A program made the translations under genes and the position numbers. Shown here piece by piece: positions 1 to 9,996 of a stretch of DNA of 64,000 nt. The DNA is from an uncultured Chloroflexia bacterium (lineage in GTDB: Bacteria > Chloroflexota > Limnocylindria > Limnocylindrales > CSP1-4), in the NCBI GenBank assembly GCA_963809375.1, contig CAWEJO010000011.1, positions 5,028 through 69,027 on the forward strand. Reading direction: 5' to 3'. The notes beneath the pieces are model-generated. The model was not told the DNA's origin. It saw only the letters and a list, made by a program, of their open reading frames with translations, and did no database searches. Each line of letters opens with the position of its first letter. Positions within the stretch are counted from its first letter, which is position 1.

Positions 1-718
1 CGATGGTCGGATGCTGGCCCGCCTGGCCGGTCATCTCGCGGGGCACGCTGAAGTCGGGCCCGGGATGGGCGGTCCACGTCCTGCCGTCGGAGGAGGTCCA
101 CGACTGCCATGGCCCGACCAGCGACCACGAGTCCGGCTCGGTGCGGCTTCCGTTCTCCGTCCACGCGCCGCTCTGGAGGGTGAGCGCGACGACTCCGCCG
201 GCGGTCCCGCCGACGCCTACGACCATGGCCGTCGGACCGAAGACCTCGGGATCGAGCGCCTCCCAGGTCGCGCCGTCAGCGGAGGTCCAGACCTTGTTGC
301 GCGCGGAGGAGCCGGTCGTCGCCATGTCGCCCGTCGCGATGAAGCCGTCGCGCCAGCGCGTGACGGTCCTGACGTGGCCGAGCGGGTTCGAGGGCGCGAG
401 CTTCTGCCACCGGATCCCCTTCCAAGCCGCCCCTGGATCCGACGGGCGCGGGGCCGAGAAGCCGCCTGCGGCGGCAGGCCTCGCCGAGGTCCGGGGCGGC
501 GACTGCGCAGGAGTCGCGATCGGCGGTGACGGCTCGACCGCGGCGATCGACGGCGCCGGCGCCGACGCCGCGGGGGTGACACCCGGGGTGGCCGGCCCGG
601 GCGAGGCGGTCGTCACGGGCGGCGCGCCCGTGGTCGGGGCGAACGGCGACGGTTCGTTCGCGCAGCCGCCGAGCAGCACGGCGACCACGAGCCCGACCGC
701 CAGTCGGCTCCGGGACAT
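1..718 (-). CDS. BNR/Asp-box repeat lipoprotein. The N-terminal part is in the window; the C-terminus runs off the left edge.
   Basis: Translated by hand from the reverse complement. It is absent from the ORF track because no stop lies in the window. ATG at 718 gives MSRSRLAVGLVVAVLLGGCANEP, a signal peptide with an LGGC lipobox. A P/A/T linker follows, then Asp-box motifs WTSADGATW and WTSSDGRTW. The frame stays open to position 1. Confidence 0.6.
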   Translation of the reverse strand, partial: MSRSRLAVGLVVAVLLGGCANEPSPFAPTTGAPPVTTASPGPATPGVTPAASAPAPSIAAVEPSPPIATPAQSPPRTSARPAAAGGFSAPRPSDPGAAWKGIRWQKLAPSNPLGHVRTVTRWRDGFIATGDMATTGSSARNKVWTSADGATWEALDPEVFGPTAMVVGVGGTAGGVVALTLQSGAWTENGSRTEPDSWSLVGPWQSWTSSDGRTWTAHPGPDFSVPREMTGQAGQHPTI

Positions 719-888
719 GCGTGCCCCCTCCTCGCGGTCACTCCGCCGGCGTGTCGCGTCCGACTTCGGAGCCGGCGCGCCGCCAGCCGCGATTTCTGGA
801 CCGTCCGACCCGGCGCGTCCAGCCCTGCCCCGCAAACCCGGCGGCCGTCGGTCGCGCATGCGCTACTCTCGGCGCGAGCCGAGCGACC

Positions 889-1254
889 GTGTTCATCCCC
901 GTCGACACCTGGTTCCGGGCGTTCCTGATCACCGTGGCCGTCGAGGCGCCGCTCGCGACCCTCCTGCTCCGCCGCTGCGAGCCGCGCCTGCCGCGCCTCC
1001 TCCTGCTCATCCTGTTCGCGAACCTGGCCAGCCATCCGGCCGTCTGGTTCATCTTCACCCAGCTGCTGCTGGTCGGGACGCCGGAGTACCTGCTGGTCGC
1101 CGAGACCTGGGCGATCGCGTGCGAGGCCGTGTTCTACTGGGCAGCCGTCCGCGACGTGCCGGTCCGGCGGGCGATCGTCACCTCGCTGGTCGCCAACCTC
1201 GGGTCCTTCCTCGTCGGGCTGATAATGACCGCGGGGTGGCCCAGCCTGTCGTGA
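889..1254 (+). CDS. Small hydrophobic membrane protein of unknown function
   Basis: This is the C-terminal two thirds of track ORF 721..1254. From GTG 889 (VFIPVDTWFRAFLITVAVEAPLATLLL...) there are 3-4 hydrophobic helices. The upstream part of the ORF is Arg/Pro junk. Confidence 0.5.
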   Translation: MFIPVDTWFRAFLITVAVEAPLATLLLRRCEPRLPRLLLLILFANLASHPAVWFIFTQLLLVGTPEYLLVAETWAIACEAVFYWAAVRDVPVRRAIVTSLVANLGSFLVGLIMTAGWPSLS

Positions 1255-1309
1255 TGACACCTCGCGGGTTCGAATGACGCGCACGATTGCGTGGCGTGGG
1301 AGGGCGACG

Positions 1310-2882
1310 ATGCGGACGAGAACGGCGGCCTTGATCGCAGCGGCGCTCGTGATCGCTTCGTGCGGCGGTCCCGTCGCGACGCCGTCGCTGCCGGCCGCGC
1401 CGAGCGGTCCCGACGTCCCGAGCGCCACGCCGGCCGCGACCCTCGCCTGCGAGCCCCACGACCGCGGCCGGCCCGAGCGCCACTCCAGCATCGACGGAGG
1501 CACCGACACCGAGCCCCGTCGGGACCGCGGCGGGCCGCTGGGCGACGGCCGGCTCGATGGCCCTCGGCCGCGACCGCCTGCACGCGACGCTCCTCGGCGA
1601 CGGGCGCGTCCTCGTCCTCGGCGACGAGGCCGAAGGGACTGTCCGCGCCGACAGCGCCTGGACCGAGATCTGGGACCCGGCCGGCGACGCGTGGTCAGTC
1701 GGGCCGAGCCTCAACGCGCCCCGCGCCGAGTTCGCGGCCGTGCCGGTTGGAGCGGGTGGCGTGCTCGTGACCGGTGGCGTCACCGCCGGCGTGACGGTCG
1801 ACTCCGAGCAGGATCGCCACCAGTCCTATTCGAGCACCTATGTCCTCGACGCGCGGAACGTGGCGGCGGGGTGGTCGCGATCGGGCCTGCTGGATCACGC
1901 GCGGACCGACCCGTCCGCCGCGACGCTGCCGGACGGGCGGGTCCTCGTCACGGGCGGCTACTACCTGAGCGGCGCGACGGGCCTCGGCTCCCCGGTCGCG
2001 GACGCTGTCACGATCGTGTACCGGCGCGCGTCAGGCCCACCCGCCCGGGCGCGGCTCGACGACGTCGCGCCGCCGACCCTCGTGCCGGCGCTCGCCACCT
2101 CGGAGCTGTACGACCCCGCCGCCGGCACGTGGTCCGCCACAGGCCCGCTCCACTACGCACGGGTCGGGGCGCCCGCGGTCACGCTTGCGGACGGCCGCGG
2201 GCTGGTCGCGGGGTCGGGACCGGGCTCCACCTATCCGTGGAACTACACCGAGCCGCGGATCGCCGACCGGGCCTTCCGGACCGCCGAGGTGTATGACCCG
2301 GCGAGCGGCCGCTTCACGCTCACCGGCGACCTGCCCGACGTCGACTGGTCGCCCCTGGCGCAGCTCGGGCCGTATCCCATCCTCTCGCAGGGCATCACGT
2401 CGACGGGGACGCTCGTCGCGCTCGCCGACGGCGGCGCCCTCCTCGTCGGGCAGGTCACGTCGTGGTCGATCGGGGCGCTCGATCTCGCGGGGACCACGGT
2501 CCGCACGCTCCGCCTGGACCCCGCCGGCGCGACGTGGGCGCTGGTGGACCAGGCCATCTACGCCAGCGACGTCGCCGACGAGCATGCGCCGACGAAGGTG
2601 ATCGAGGCCGGCCACTCGCGGCAGGGGGCCGTCGCGGTCGCCCTGCGCGATGGGCGGGTCCTGGTGGCCGGCGGCACGGGCGTGAGCCTGACGGCCGCGG
2701 CCGAGCTGTACGACCCGGCGTCCGGCGCCTGGTACACCCTTCCGCCGATGCCCGAAACGCACGCCGGGGGTGCCGGCGTCCTGCTGGCCGACGGCTCGGT
2801 CCTGGTCGTCGGCGGTCATGGGGCCAGCTCGACGTGCGACGGTTGCGGGATCCCGGCAACGGTCCGCTTCTTCCCGGGCTGA
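1310..2882 (+). pseudogene. Kelch-repeat beta-propeller lipoprotein, with one frame break near 1430-1450
   Basis: The frame of ORF 1274 gives MRTRTAALIAAALVIASCGG (signal peptide plus lipobox) from 1310. The frame of ORF 1557..2882 gives Kelch-like blades (LPDGRVLVTGG, ELYDPAAGTWS, AELYDPASGAWY). Its P/T/S/A linker continues upstream of 1557 with no start codon, so the two frames must join. Confidence 0.75.
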
Positions 2883-2906
2883 TCGTCGAGCCCGGAGCGG
2901 TGGGCC

Positions 2907-3010
2907 GGTGCGCGGCCCGCGGTGCGCGGCCCGCCGGTGCGCGGCCCGCCGGTGCGCGGCCCGCCGGTGCGCGGCCCGCCGGTGCGCGGCCCGCCGGTGC
3001 GCGGCCCGCC
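2907..3010. repeat. Tandem repeat, 15-nt unit GGTGCGCGGCCCGCC, 7 copies (the first is 14 nt)
   Basis: Read directly from the sequence. The copies are perfect and contiguous. They lie in the gap between the convergent Kelch gene (stop 2882) and DUF2252 gene (stop 3074). Confidence 0.9.
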
Positions 3011-3073
3011 TTCGAGGGATGCAGCCGCCAGGGGTCGCGGGCCGCTGGCGGGAAGAGCCGCCCCGCGCGCTCC

Positions 3074-4512
3074 TCAGATGCCGGTCTCGACCGGGATCCT
3101 GCCGGATCGGACGGCCGCCGCGAAGGCCGCGTGGTCCCGCTCGTTCTGGTCGGCATATGCGGTGGCGAACCTGGTCATGGCGTCGTCGAACGCCTCGCCC
3201 GGCCCCGACGTAGCCCGCGATGGTCGCCGGGTTCCCGGACCGGGCGTGGGCGCGGGCGAGCGCCCACGCGCAGACCTCCGCGTACAGCGGTCATCCCGAT
3301 CGGCCGCAGGCGCTCGATGTCGATGCCGTACTTCATGTCGTGGAGCTGGCGAACGTAGTACTCGGTGCCCGACACCGGCGAGCGCGTCCAGCCGAGGAAG
3401 ATGTCCGAGACGGCCTGCATGATCCGCTGCCCGGTGACGACCCGCTCGCCCTCGTGCTGGCCGGCCAGCCCGTCGACGTACGGCGCCAGCACCGACGGCC
3501 GCGCCTCCTTCACCTGCAGGACGAGGGGCCCGCCGGCTGGACCGGCGAACAGCGCGATGTAGCAGCGCGTCCCGACGCTGCCGACCCCGACCACCTTGAG
3601 GCCCACGTCCACCAGGCGATGCTTCTCGACCAGGACCCGGCGGTCGGGCGCCAGCGAGCGCAGGTACGCCGCGTAGATCTCCGGCAGGGCCAGCCTGGCC
3701 GGGTCGTCGTCGCGCATCCTGAGCACGAGTGGCGGCCGGTCGCGGATCAGCCAGCCGCCGCCCGGCGCCCGGGTCGAGAGCTTGCCGAGGGCGGCGAGGT
3801 GATCCCGCCGCTGGGCATCCTCGATCGAGATCACGAGGCCCGCCCGCCGGCGGGCCGCCTCCACGCGCGCGATGATCGTGTCGATGGGGATCGACGCGTA
3901 CCACACGAGGAGGGCGCGCTGGCCGGCATACCGGCGGATCCAGTGGCGATAGGTTCGCGTCACCGTCCGCGCCATGTCGCGGCAGGCGGCCTCCCGGTAG
4001 CCGTTCTCGCGGGATGCCACCACGACGCTCGCCGCGAGGCGCTTGAGGTCCCATTCCCACGGCCCGCGATGCGTCTCGTCGAAGTCGTTGAGGTCGAACA
4101 CCAGTCGTCGCTCGGGGCTCGCGTAGATGCCGAAGTTGGCGAGGTGGGCATCGCCGCACAGCTGGACGACGGAGCCCGTCCGCGGCGTCGTGGCCAGGTC
4201 GGCCGCCATGACCGCCGCCGACCCGCGCAGGAACGCGAACGGCGAGGCGACCATGCGTCCCATCCGGATCGGCACGAGCTCCGGGATGCGACCATCGTTC
4301 GAGCCGAGCACCGTCGCCACCGCGTCTCGCCCCGGGAACGCCGACCATGATGCGTGGGTCCTGCGGGGCACCTCCCGCCGGCGCGCCCGACCGCGCTCGA
4401 CGCCGGCGGCTGCCGGGCTGTCGGGTGGCAGCGTCTCCAGTGGATCGGGAATCATCGGCACCAGGCGGTCACCGGGCGTCGGACGACCCATGGCGTGACC
4501 GCAGGGCGACAT
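3074..4512 (-). pseudogene. DUF2252 family protein, copy 1, with two frame breaks near its 3' end (about 3287 and 3212)
   Basis: ORF 3175..4512 parallels the intact paralog at 12851..14341 (LCGDAHLANFG, DFDETHRGPWEWDLKRLAAS, VGVGSVGTRCYIAL). The middle piece LYAEVCAWALARAHARSGNPATIAGYVG is in a third frame. The conserved tail FATAYADQNERDHAAFAAAVRSGRI is in the frame of ORF 3074..4348. The start could be 4512, 4491 or 4455. Confidence 0.8.
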
Positions 4513-4717
4513 TCTATCGACGGCCGGGGCAACGGGCCGTCATGCCGTCGGGCCGTCCCGCGGCGGGGCCGCGAGGCTCGCGGCCGGCCCTCCCGCGCGG
4601 CTCCACGGCGGCCGGTGTCGACCCGGCTGCCGCGGCCCGCTCCAGCCACGAGAAGGCGGGGATGCGTCCCGTCGAGGGTCGCATCCCCGCCACCGTGCAG
4701 CCGGGAAAGGGTGAGGG

Positions 4718-6121
4718 CTACGCCGGGACGACCCCGGCAGGCCGGATGTTCTGGTTCTGGCGGAGGGCGTTCGTGGGGTCCCACGCCTCCTTCAGGCGGG
4801 CCAGCCGGTCGTACTTCCGCGCGCCGTACGCGTCGGTGACCGAGTCGTCGCCGGCGCTCACGAAGTTCACGTACGTTCCACCGGTGCTGAAGGGCTCCAT
4901 CGCCGCATGGAGGTCGCGGGCCCAGGCGACCTGGGCCGCGTCGGTGCCCGGATCCGACCACCGGGCGACGATGTTCAGGAGGTACGGCGCGCTCCGCGTG
5001 CCGAACGCCGTGGCGTCGTCGGGCACGCGCGCCACGGCCCCGCCCATGTGGTGGATGTGGATCTCCGAGGACGGCGAGATCGACGGTCCGTGGAAGCCGA
5101 CGAGCGTGTCGATCGCCGGTTCGGGCAGGCCGTCGAGATAGGCGGCCTTGAAGTAGTTGCGTGCACCCGGGCCATACAGCGGGTCGAGCAGCGACTGCAG
5201 CGTCGTGTACGGCATCGGGCCCAGCAGGTCGGCGATGGGCGTTCCCAGGCTGCGGAGTCCCGCCGCCAGGTCACGCCCGTCCTCGGGGCGGCCGGCGTAG
5301 ACGCCGATCACCGCGACGACCTTGGTGCCGTGGACCTCGGCGGGCAGGAACGGGACGGGCGGCGCGGTCGTGAGGTTCAGGAGCGTCGTCATCTCGTCGG
5401 GCAGGCTCGCCGTGTAGGCCCGGTAGCCCCGCAGGATCTGGACGGCCTGGTCGCCCGGGAAGAAGATCGGGCCGGCCAGGATCGTCGGTCCGACGCGGTG
5501 GACCTGGAATTCGAACGACGTGACGATCCCGAAGTTGCCGCCGCCGCCCCGGAGGCCCCAGAACAGCTCGCTGTTCTCGCCGGCGCTGGCGTGGACGAGG
5601 CGGCCATCGGCGGTCACGACGTCGGCCGCGACGAGGTTGTCGGCGGTCAGGCCGTACTTGCGCATCAGCCAGCCGATCCCGCCGCCAAGCGCGAAGCCGG
5701 CGATCCCGGTCGACGAGATGAGGCCGCCGGTCACGGCGAGTCCGAACGCCTGGGTCTCGTGGTCGAGCTCCCGCCACGTCACGCCCGCCTGGGCGACGAC
5801 GCGCATCGCGTCGGGGTCGACCCGGATCCCCTTCATCGGCGACAGGTCGATGACGATGCCGCCGTCGGAGGTCGAGAAGCCGGGCAGGCTGTGGCCCCCG
5901 CCACGGACGGCGATGTCGAGGTCCTGGCTGCGCGCGAACTGGACGGCCGCGACGACGTCCGCGACGCCCGAGCAGCGCACGATGAGCGCTGGACGCTTGT
6001 CGATCATCCCGTTCCAGACGGCGCGCGCCGCATCGTAGCCGGTGTCCGCGGGCGTGATGACCTCGCCGCGGACGCTCTCGCGGAGCTCCTGCACGGTGCC
6101 TTCGCCGAGGATGGTTGCCAT
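4718..6121 (-). CDS. FAD-linked oxidase with a BBE-like C-terminus (PF01565/PF08031 type)
   Basis: Intact 467-aa ORF. It has the FAD-binding signature VRGGGHS and GGGIGWLMRKYGL, and the tail YVNF...YG..YDRLARLKEAWDPTNALRQNQNI is typical of BBE-domain oxidases. A GGGAGG Shine-Dalgarno sequence precedes the ATG. Confidence 0.9.
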   Translation of the reverse strand: MATILGEGTVQELRESVRGEVITPADTGYDAARAVWNGMIDKRPALIVRCSGVADVVAAVQFARSQDLDIAVRGGGHSLPGFSTSDGGIVIDLSPMKGIRVDPDAMRVVAQAGVTWRELDHETQAFGLAVTGGLISSTGIAGFALGGGIGWLMRKYGLTADNLVAADVVTADGRLVHASAGENSELFWGLRGGGGNFGIVTSFEFQVHRVGPTILAGPIFFPGDQAVQILRGYRAYTASLPDEMTTLLNLTTAPPVPFLPAEVHGTKVVAVIGVYAGRPEDGRDLAAGLRSLGTPIADLLGPMPYTTLQSLLDPLYGPGARNYFKAAYLDGLPEPAIDTLVGFHGPSISPSSEIHIHHMGGAVARVPDDATAFGTRSAPYLLNIVARWSDPGTDAAQVAWARDLHAAMEPFSTGGTYVNFVSAGDDSVTDAYGARKYDRLARLKEAWDPTNALRQNQNIRPAGVVPA

Positions 6122-6325
6122 GGTGGGTGCCTCCCGTTTCGGTGGTTTGGTGGGCGGACTTTGGCGGAGCCCTCCTTAATTCCGGCGTAGCCGCCTCCTA
6201 ACTCGGTGCTTAATCGCCTGCCTGCGAAAGCCCGCGGCGGGCGATCCGCGGCCCGGGCGGTCGATCACCGGCAGCGTGAACCGCGGCCGTGCCACCGCTG
6301 GCCTTCCGCCCGCGCCGGCTGCCGC

Positions 6326-9300
6326 TCACGAGCCTCGCGCGGGCGCCGGCCGGACCGCGGTGCCGGGCCGCCGGCGGCGGATGGGCCCTTCGCCCGGCGC
6401 AGCCAGGGCGAGGCACTCCGCCTCGCCCACGCGATCGTCGAGCCGCCGGAAGATCTGGAGCGCTTCGTCGCACAGGCCGCCAGCGGCCTCGTGGTCGCCC
6501 TCGAGCCGGGCCGTGGCCGCCAGCTGGACGAGGGCCCAGGCCGTCCAGCGCGCGCGCCCGGTCACGCGGATCGCCTGCACGCTCTCGTCGAGCAGGCGTC
6601 TGGCCCGCGGCACGTCGCCGTTCGCGAGCGCCAGGCTGGCGAGGTTGCCGAGCGCCGCTCCGTAGCCCCACCTGTCGCCGCGGCGCCGGAACGCGGCCGC
6701 GCACTCCTCGAGGAGGATCGCGGCCCGCCGGAGATCTCCCTCCGCGATCGCGAGATTCCCCAGGTTGCCCTGGGCCAGGCCGGTCCCCCGCGAGTCGCCG
6801 ATCCGGACGCGGATCGCGAGGCACTCTTCGAGCAGCTCGCGGGCCCTGGCGAAGTCGCCGGCCGCGGTCGCGAGGTTGCCCAGCCGGCTGAGCGCGTGGG
6901 CGACTGCCCGGTCGTCGCCGATGGCCCTGAAGAGCGCGAGGGCCTCGCCCAGGTCCTGCCGGGCCCCGGCGGGATTGCCGGCAAGGCGCGCCATCATTCC
7001 CCGGTTGGCGAGGACGTGGCCGACGGCCACGCCGCAGGCGACGTCATGGAAGGGCGCGAACGTCTCCTGGAACGCCATCCGGATCGAGCCTGTCTGCGGC
7101 TGCGGGACGAGGACCTCGCCGATGTCGACCATCGTCGGCGCCAGCTCGGCGGACTGGGCCAGCGACCGGAACAGGTCGAGGCTCTCTTCGATCAGCGTGC
7201 CTGCGGCCCGGCGGTCGCCGCGGTACCAGCGGACGACGGCGAGGCCGTGGAGCGCCGCCGCCTCGCCGGGCCGGAAGCCGGCCGAGCGCGCGAGCTCGAC
7301 GCCCTGGCGATAGCTCTCTTCGGCTGTCCCAAGCTCGTCCTCCGACCATGCCGCCGTCGCATGAAACTGCAGGGCCTGGCAGGCGCCCCGGGCGTCACCA
7401 AGGTCGCGGTAGATCGCCAGCGCCTCGTCGGCCCGCCGGGCGCCGAGCCCCGTCTCGCCGGACCGGATCGTCAGCGCGGCGAGGCCGAGGAGCCCGAGGG
7501 CACGCGCCGCGGTCGGCGCGAGCGAGCGCTCGAGCGTCCGCTCCAGCCAGCGCCGGCCCTCGGCCAGATCGCCCCGCCACAGCCAGAACTCCCAGAGGCT
7601 CGCCGCCAGGTGCAGGGCACGCCCCGGATCGGCCGCCAGATCGCGATCGAGGGCGGCCCGGACGTTGTCGTGCTCGACCTCGAGGCGGACCAGTCGGCGC
7701 TGCCAGTCGGGCTGCGCCACCGCGGCCTGGGCCTCCTCGGCGAGAGCGAGCGTCCAGCTCGCGTGGGCTCGCCTCGGTGACTGCGCTCTCGCCTGCCTCG
7801 ACGAGGCGATCGTGGCCGTATTCCCGGACCGTCTCGAGCAGACGGTAGCGCGGCTCTGCTGCAGCGTCGTCGAGCGAGATCAGCGAATGGTCGACGAGGT
7901 CGCCCAGCAGGCCGAGCACGTCGCTACGGTCGTCGGCGGCCCAGGACGCGGCGACGGCCTGTTCGACTGCGTCGAGGGGTGCTCCGCCGACGAACACGGA
8001 CAGGAGCCGCAGCATCCGTCGCTGCGGATCGGTCAGGAGGTTGTAGCTCCAGTCGAGGGTCGCCTTGAGCGTCTGCTGGCGGGACAGGGCGGTCCGGCTG
8101 CCGCCGACGAGGAGCGAGAAGCGGTCGTCGAGGCGATCCGCGATCGCGGCGACCGGGAGGACGGCGACCCGCGACGCGGCGAGCTCGATCGCCAGCGGCA
8201 GCCCGTCGAGGTGGTGGCACAGGCGGGCGACCGCCGCGGCGTTGTCCGTGGTCAGCGAGAACGTCGGGACGGCCGCCTGGGCGCGCTCGACGAACAGGCG
8301 GACCGAGTCGATCTGTCCGAGCTGCTCGGGCGTCGATACCGCTCCGGGGTCCGGGATGGGCAGCGACGGCACCCGGAACACGATCTCGCCCGGGATCCGG
8401 AGCGGCTGCCGGCTGGTGGCCAGGATCCGCAGGTCGGGGCACCCGGCCAGCAGCGCCTGCGCCGCGACGGCGCACGCGTCGACGAGGTGCTCGCAGTTGT
8501 CGAGGATGAGCAGCAGGTTGCGTTCGGCCAGGAACTCGACCAGCCGCTCGACCCGCAGCTCGGTCTGGCGCTCGCGGACGTCGAACGTCTCGGCGATCGC
8601 CCGGAGGACGAGGGCCGGCTCGGTGATCGCGCCGAGCTCGACGAGCCAGGCGCCGTCGCGATACGAGCCGATCTGCCGCGCTGCGGCTTCGATCACGAGG
8701 CGCGTCTTGCCCGCTCCTCCCGGCCCGGTCAGCGTCACGGCCCGCCCGGCGCCGAGCAGCCCCTCGATCTGGCGGATCTCGCGCTCCCGGCCGACGAAGC
8801 TGCTGAGGCCGACCGGCAGGTTGTGCGCGCGTCGCGCGACCGCATGGCCGGGGGCTCGGCTCGGCACGCCCATCTGGCGCCCGGCGGCGCCTTGGGTGCC
8901 CGTCACGGCGGAGACGGAGGCTGCGTCCGCGCCGATCGGTGCGGCCCCAGGCGCGGACACCGCGGGCGCGCCCGCGCCCGCAGGAACGCCCACCGGCGGG
9001 GCGACTCGTCCCTCGAGGATGTCACGGTAGAGCTGGCGGCTGGTCTCGGACGGTTCGACGTCCAGCTCGCGCGCCAGGACCGTCCGGAGCAGCTCGAACT
9101 GGCGGAGCGCGAGCGGGCGCCGGTCCCCGAGCGCGTACAGCCGCATGAGGCTCCGATGGGCCGTCTCGTCGGTGGGATCGAGCTCGAGCAGCTCGCGCAG
9201 GCAGTCGATCGCGGCCGCGGGATCGTCGTCGCGCTCCTCGATCTCGGCGATCCTGGCGAGCAACGCGAGGTAGTCCTGGGCCAGCGCCTCGCGCGGCTCG

Positions 9301-9728
9301 ACCGCCCAGTCGGCGTACCGGTCGTCGGGCAGCGGCTCGCCGCGATAGAGCTCGCGCGCCGCACGCAGGGTTCCGGCCTCGGTCCCGTCCGCGGTCGCGC
9401 GGGTGCCGGACCGGAACGCCTCGGCGTCGACCCAGAGGTTGCCCGCCGGGCACAGGCGGAGGACGCCGTCGCGGAGGACCAGCGCCCGCGGGCCCGCTTC
9501 GTGTGCCGCGGCGAGGGCGGATCGCGCGACGTGGATGGCCTGGTGGAGGTTGTTCAACGCGGCGTCGGACGGGCGATCCGGCCAGAGCTGCTCCATCAGC
9601 ACCTCGCGGGGCTGGCGGTGGCTCGGCGCGAGGCTCAGGACCCGGATGAGCTCGCTGGCCTTGCGCAGGCGCCACGCGGAGCCCGGGACCGGGCGCCCCC
9701 CGACCTCGACGTCGAAGCCGCCGAGCAA
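6326..9728 (-). pseudogene. SARP/AfsR-type regulator (BTAD, NB-ARC ATPase and TPR domains), with one frame break near 7770-7790
   Basis: ORF 7395..9728 contains a BTAD region (LMRLYALGDRRPLALRQFELLRTVLARELDVEPS), a Walker A motif (LTGPGGAGKTRL) and NB-ARC motifs (LLILDNCEH, LDGLPLAIELAA). It degenerates after EAGESAVT. The sequence AHASWTLALAEEAQAAVAQPDWQRRLVRLEVEHDNVRAAL and the TPR repeats continue in ORF 6326..7720. The start is TTG at 9728. Confidence 0.85.
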
Positions 9729-9932
9729 CCGGACGCGGACAGCCGGCTCCGTCGCGCCGCGACGCGCCGGCCACAGATGGTTGCGCCCGCCTCATCCGTC
9801 CATCCCGGGCGAGCGTACCCCAGCCGGGCGCCGGCCGGCCACGGGCCGGGTCGGGTCGGCGGTGCCGGGGTCGCGCGGGTCCGGGCCGAGGGTCGCGCGC
9901 CGGCCGAGGGTCGCGCGCCGGTCGGGAGCAGA

Positions 9933-9957
9933 CGGCCCGTCAGGTCCGGACGGGCCG
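9933..9957 (-). terminator. Candidate stem-loop terminator downstream of the META lipoprotein gene
   Basis: An inverted repeat (C)GGCCCGTC / GACGGGCC(G) forms a 9-bp GC stem with a 7-nt loop, about 40 nt past the stop at 9997. There is no U-tract, so it would be the I-shaped type. Confidence 0.35.
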
Positions 9958-9996
9958 CCCGGGCGCCGGCAGCCTGGCGCGGCGTTGGGTCCGCGC

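Noticed and set aside
1262-1275. GCGGGTTCGAA, resembling a tRNA T-arm, as a possible att site or tRNA remnant
   Set aside because: Only about 11 nt match the T-loop of the tRNA-Gly at 11511-11586. No acceptor or anticodon arm can be folded, and no integrase is nearby.
3-1277. A 424-aa plus-strand ORF covering the left edge of the window
   Set aside because: Its composition is Arg/Pro/Ala/Gly-rich junk. It lies antisense to a minus-strand frame that carries a clean lipoprotein signal and BNR motifs, and it overlaps the real small membrane gene in another frame. It is a typical high-GC shadow ORF.
2907-3010. The tandem repeats (also 61186-61305) as possible CRISPR arrays
   Set aside because: The units are directly contiguous with no unique spacers. 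The unit lengths (15 and 24 nt) are too short, and no cas genes are present.
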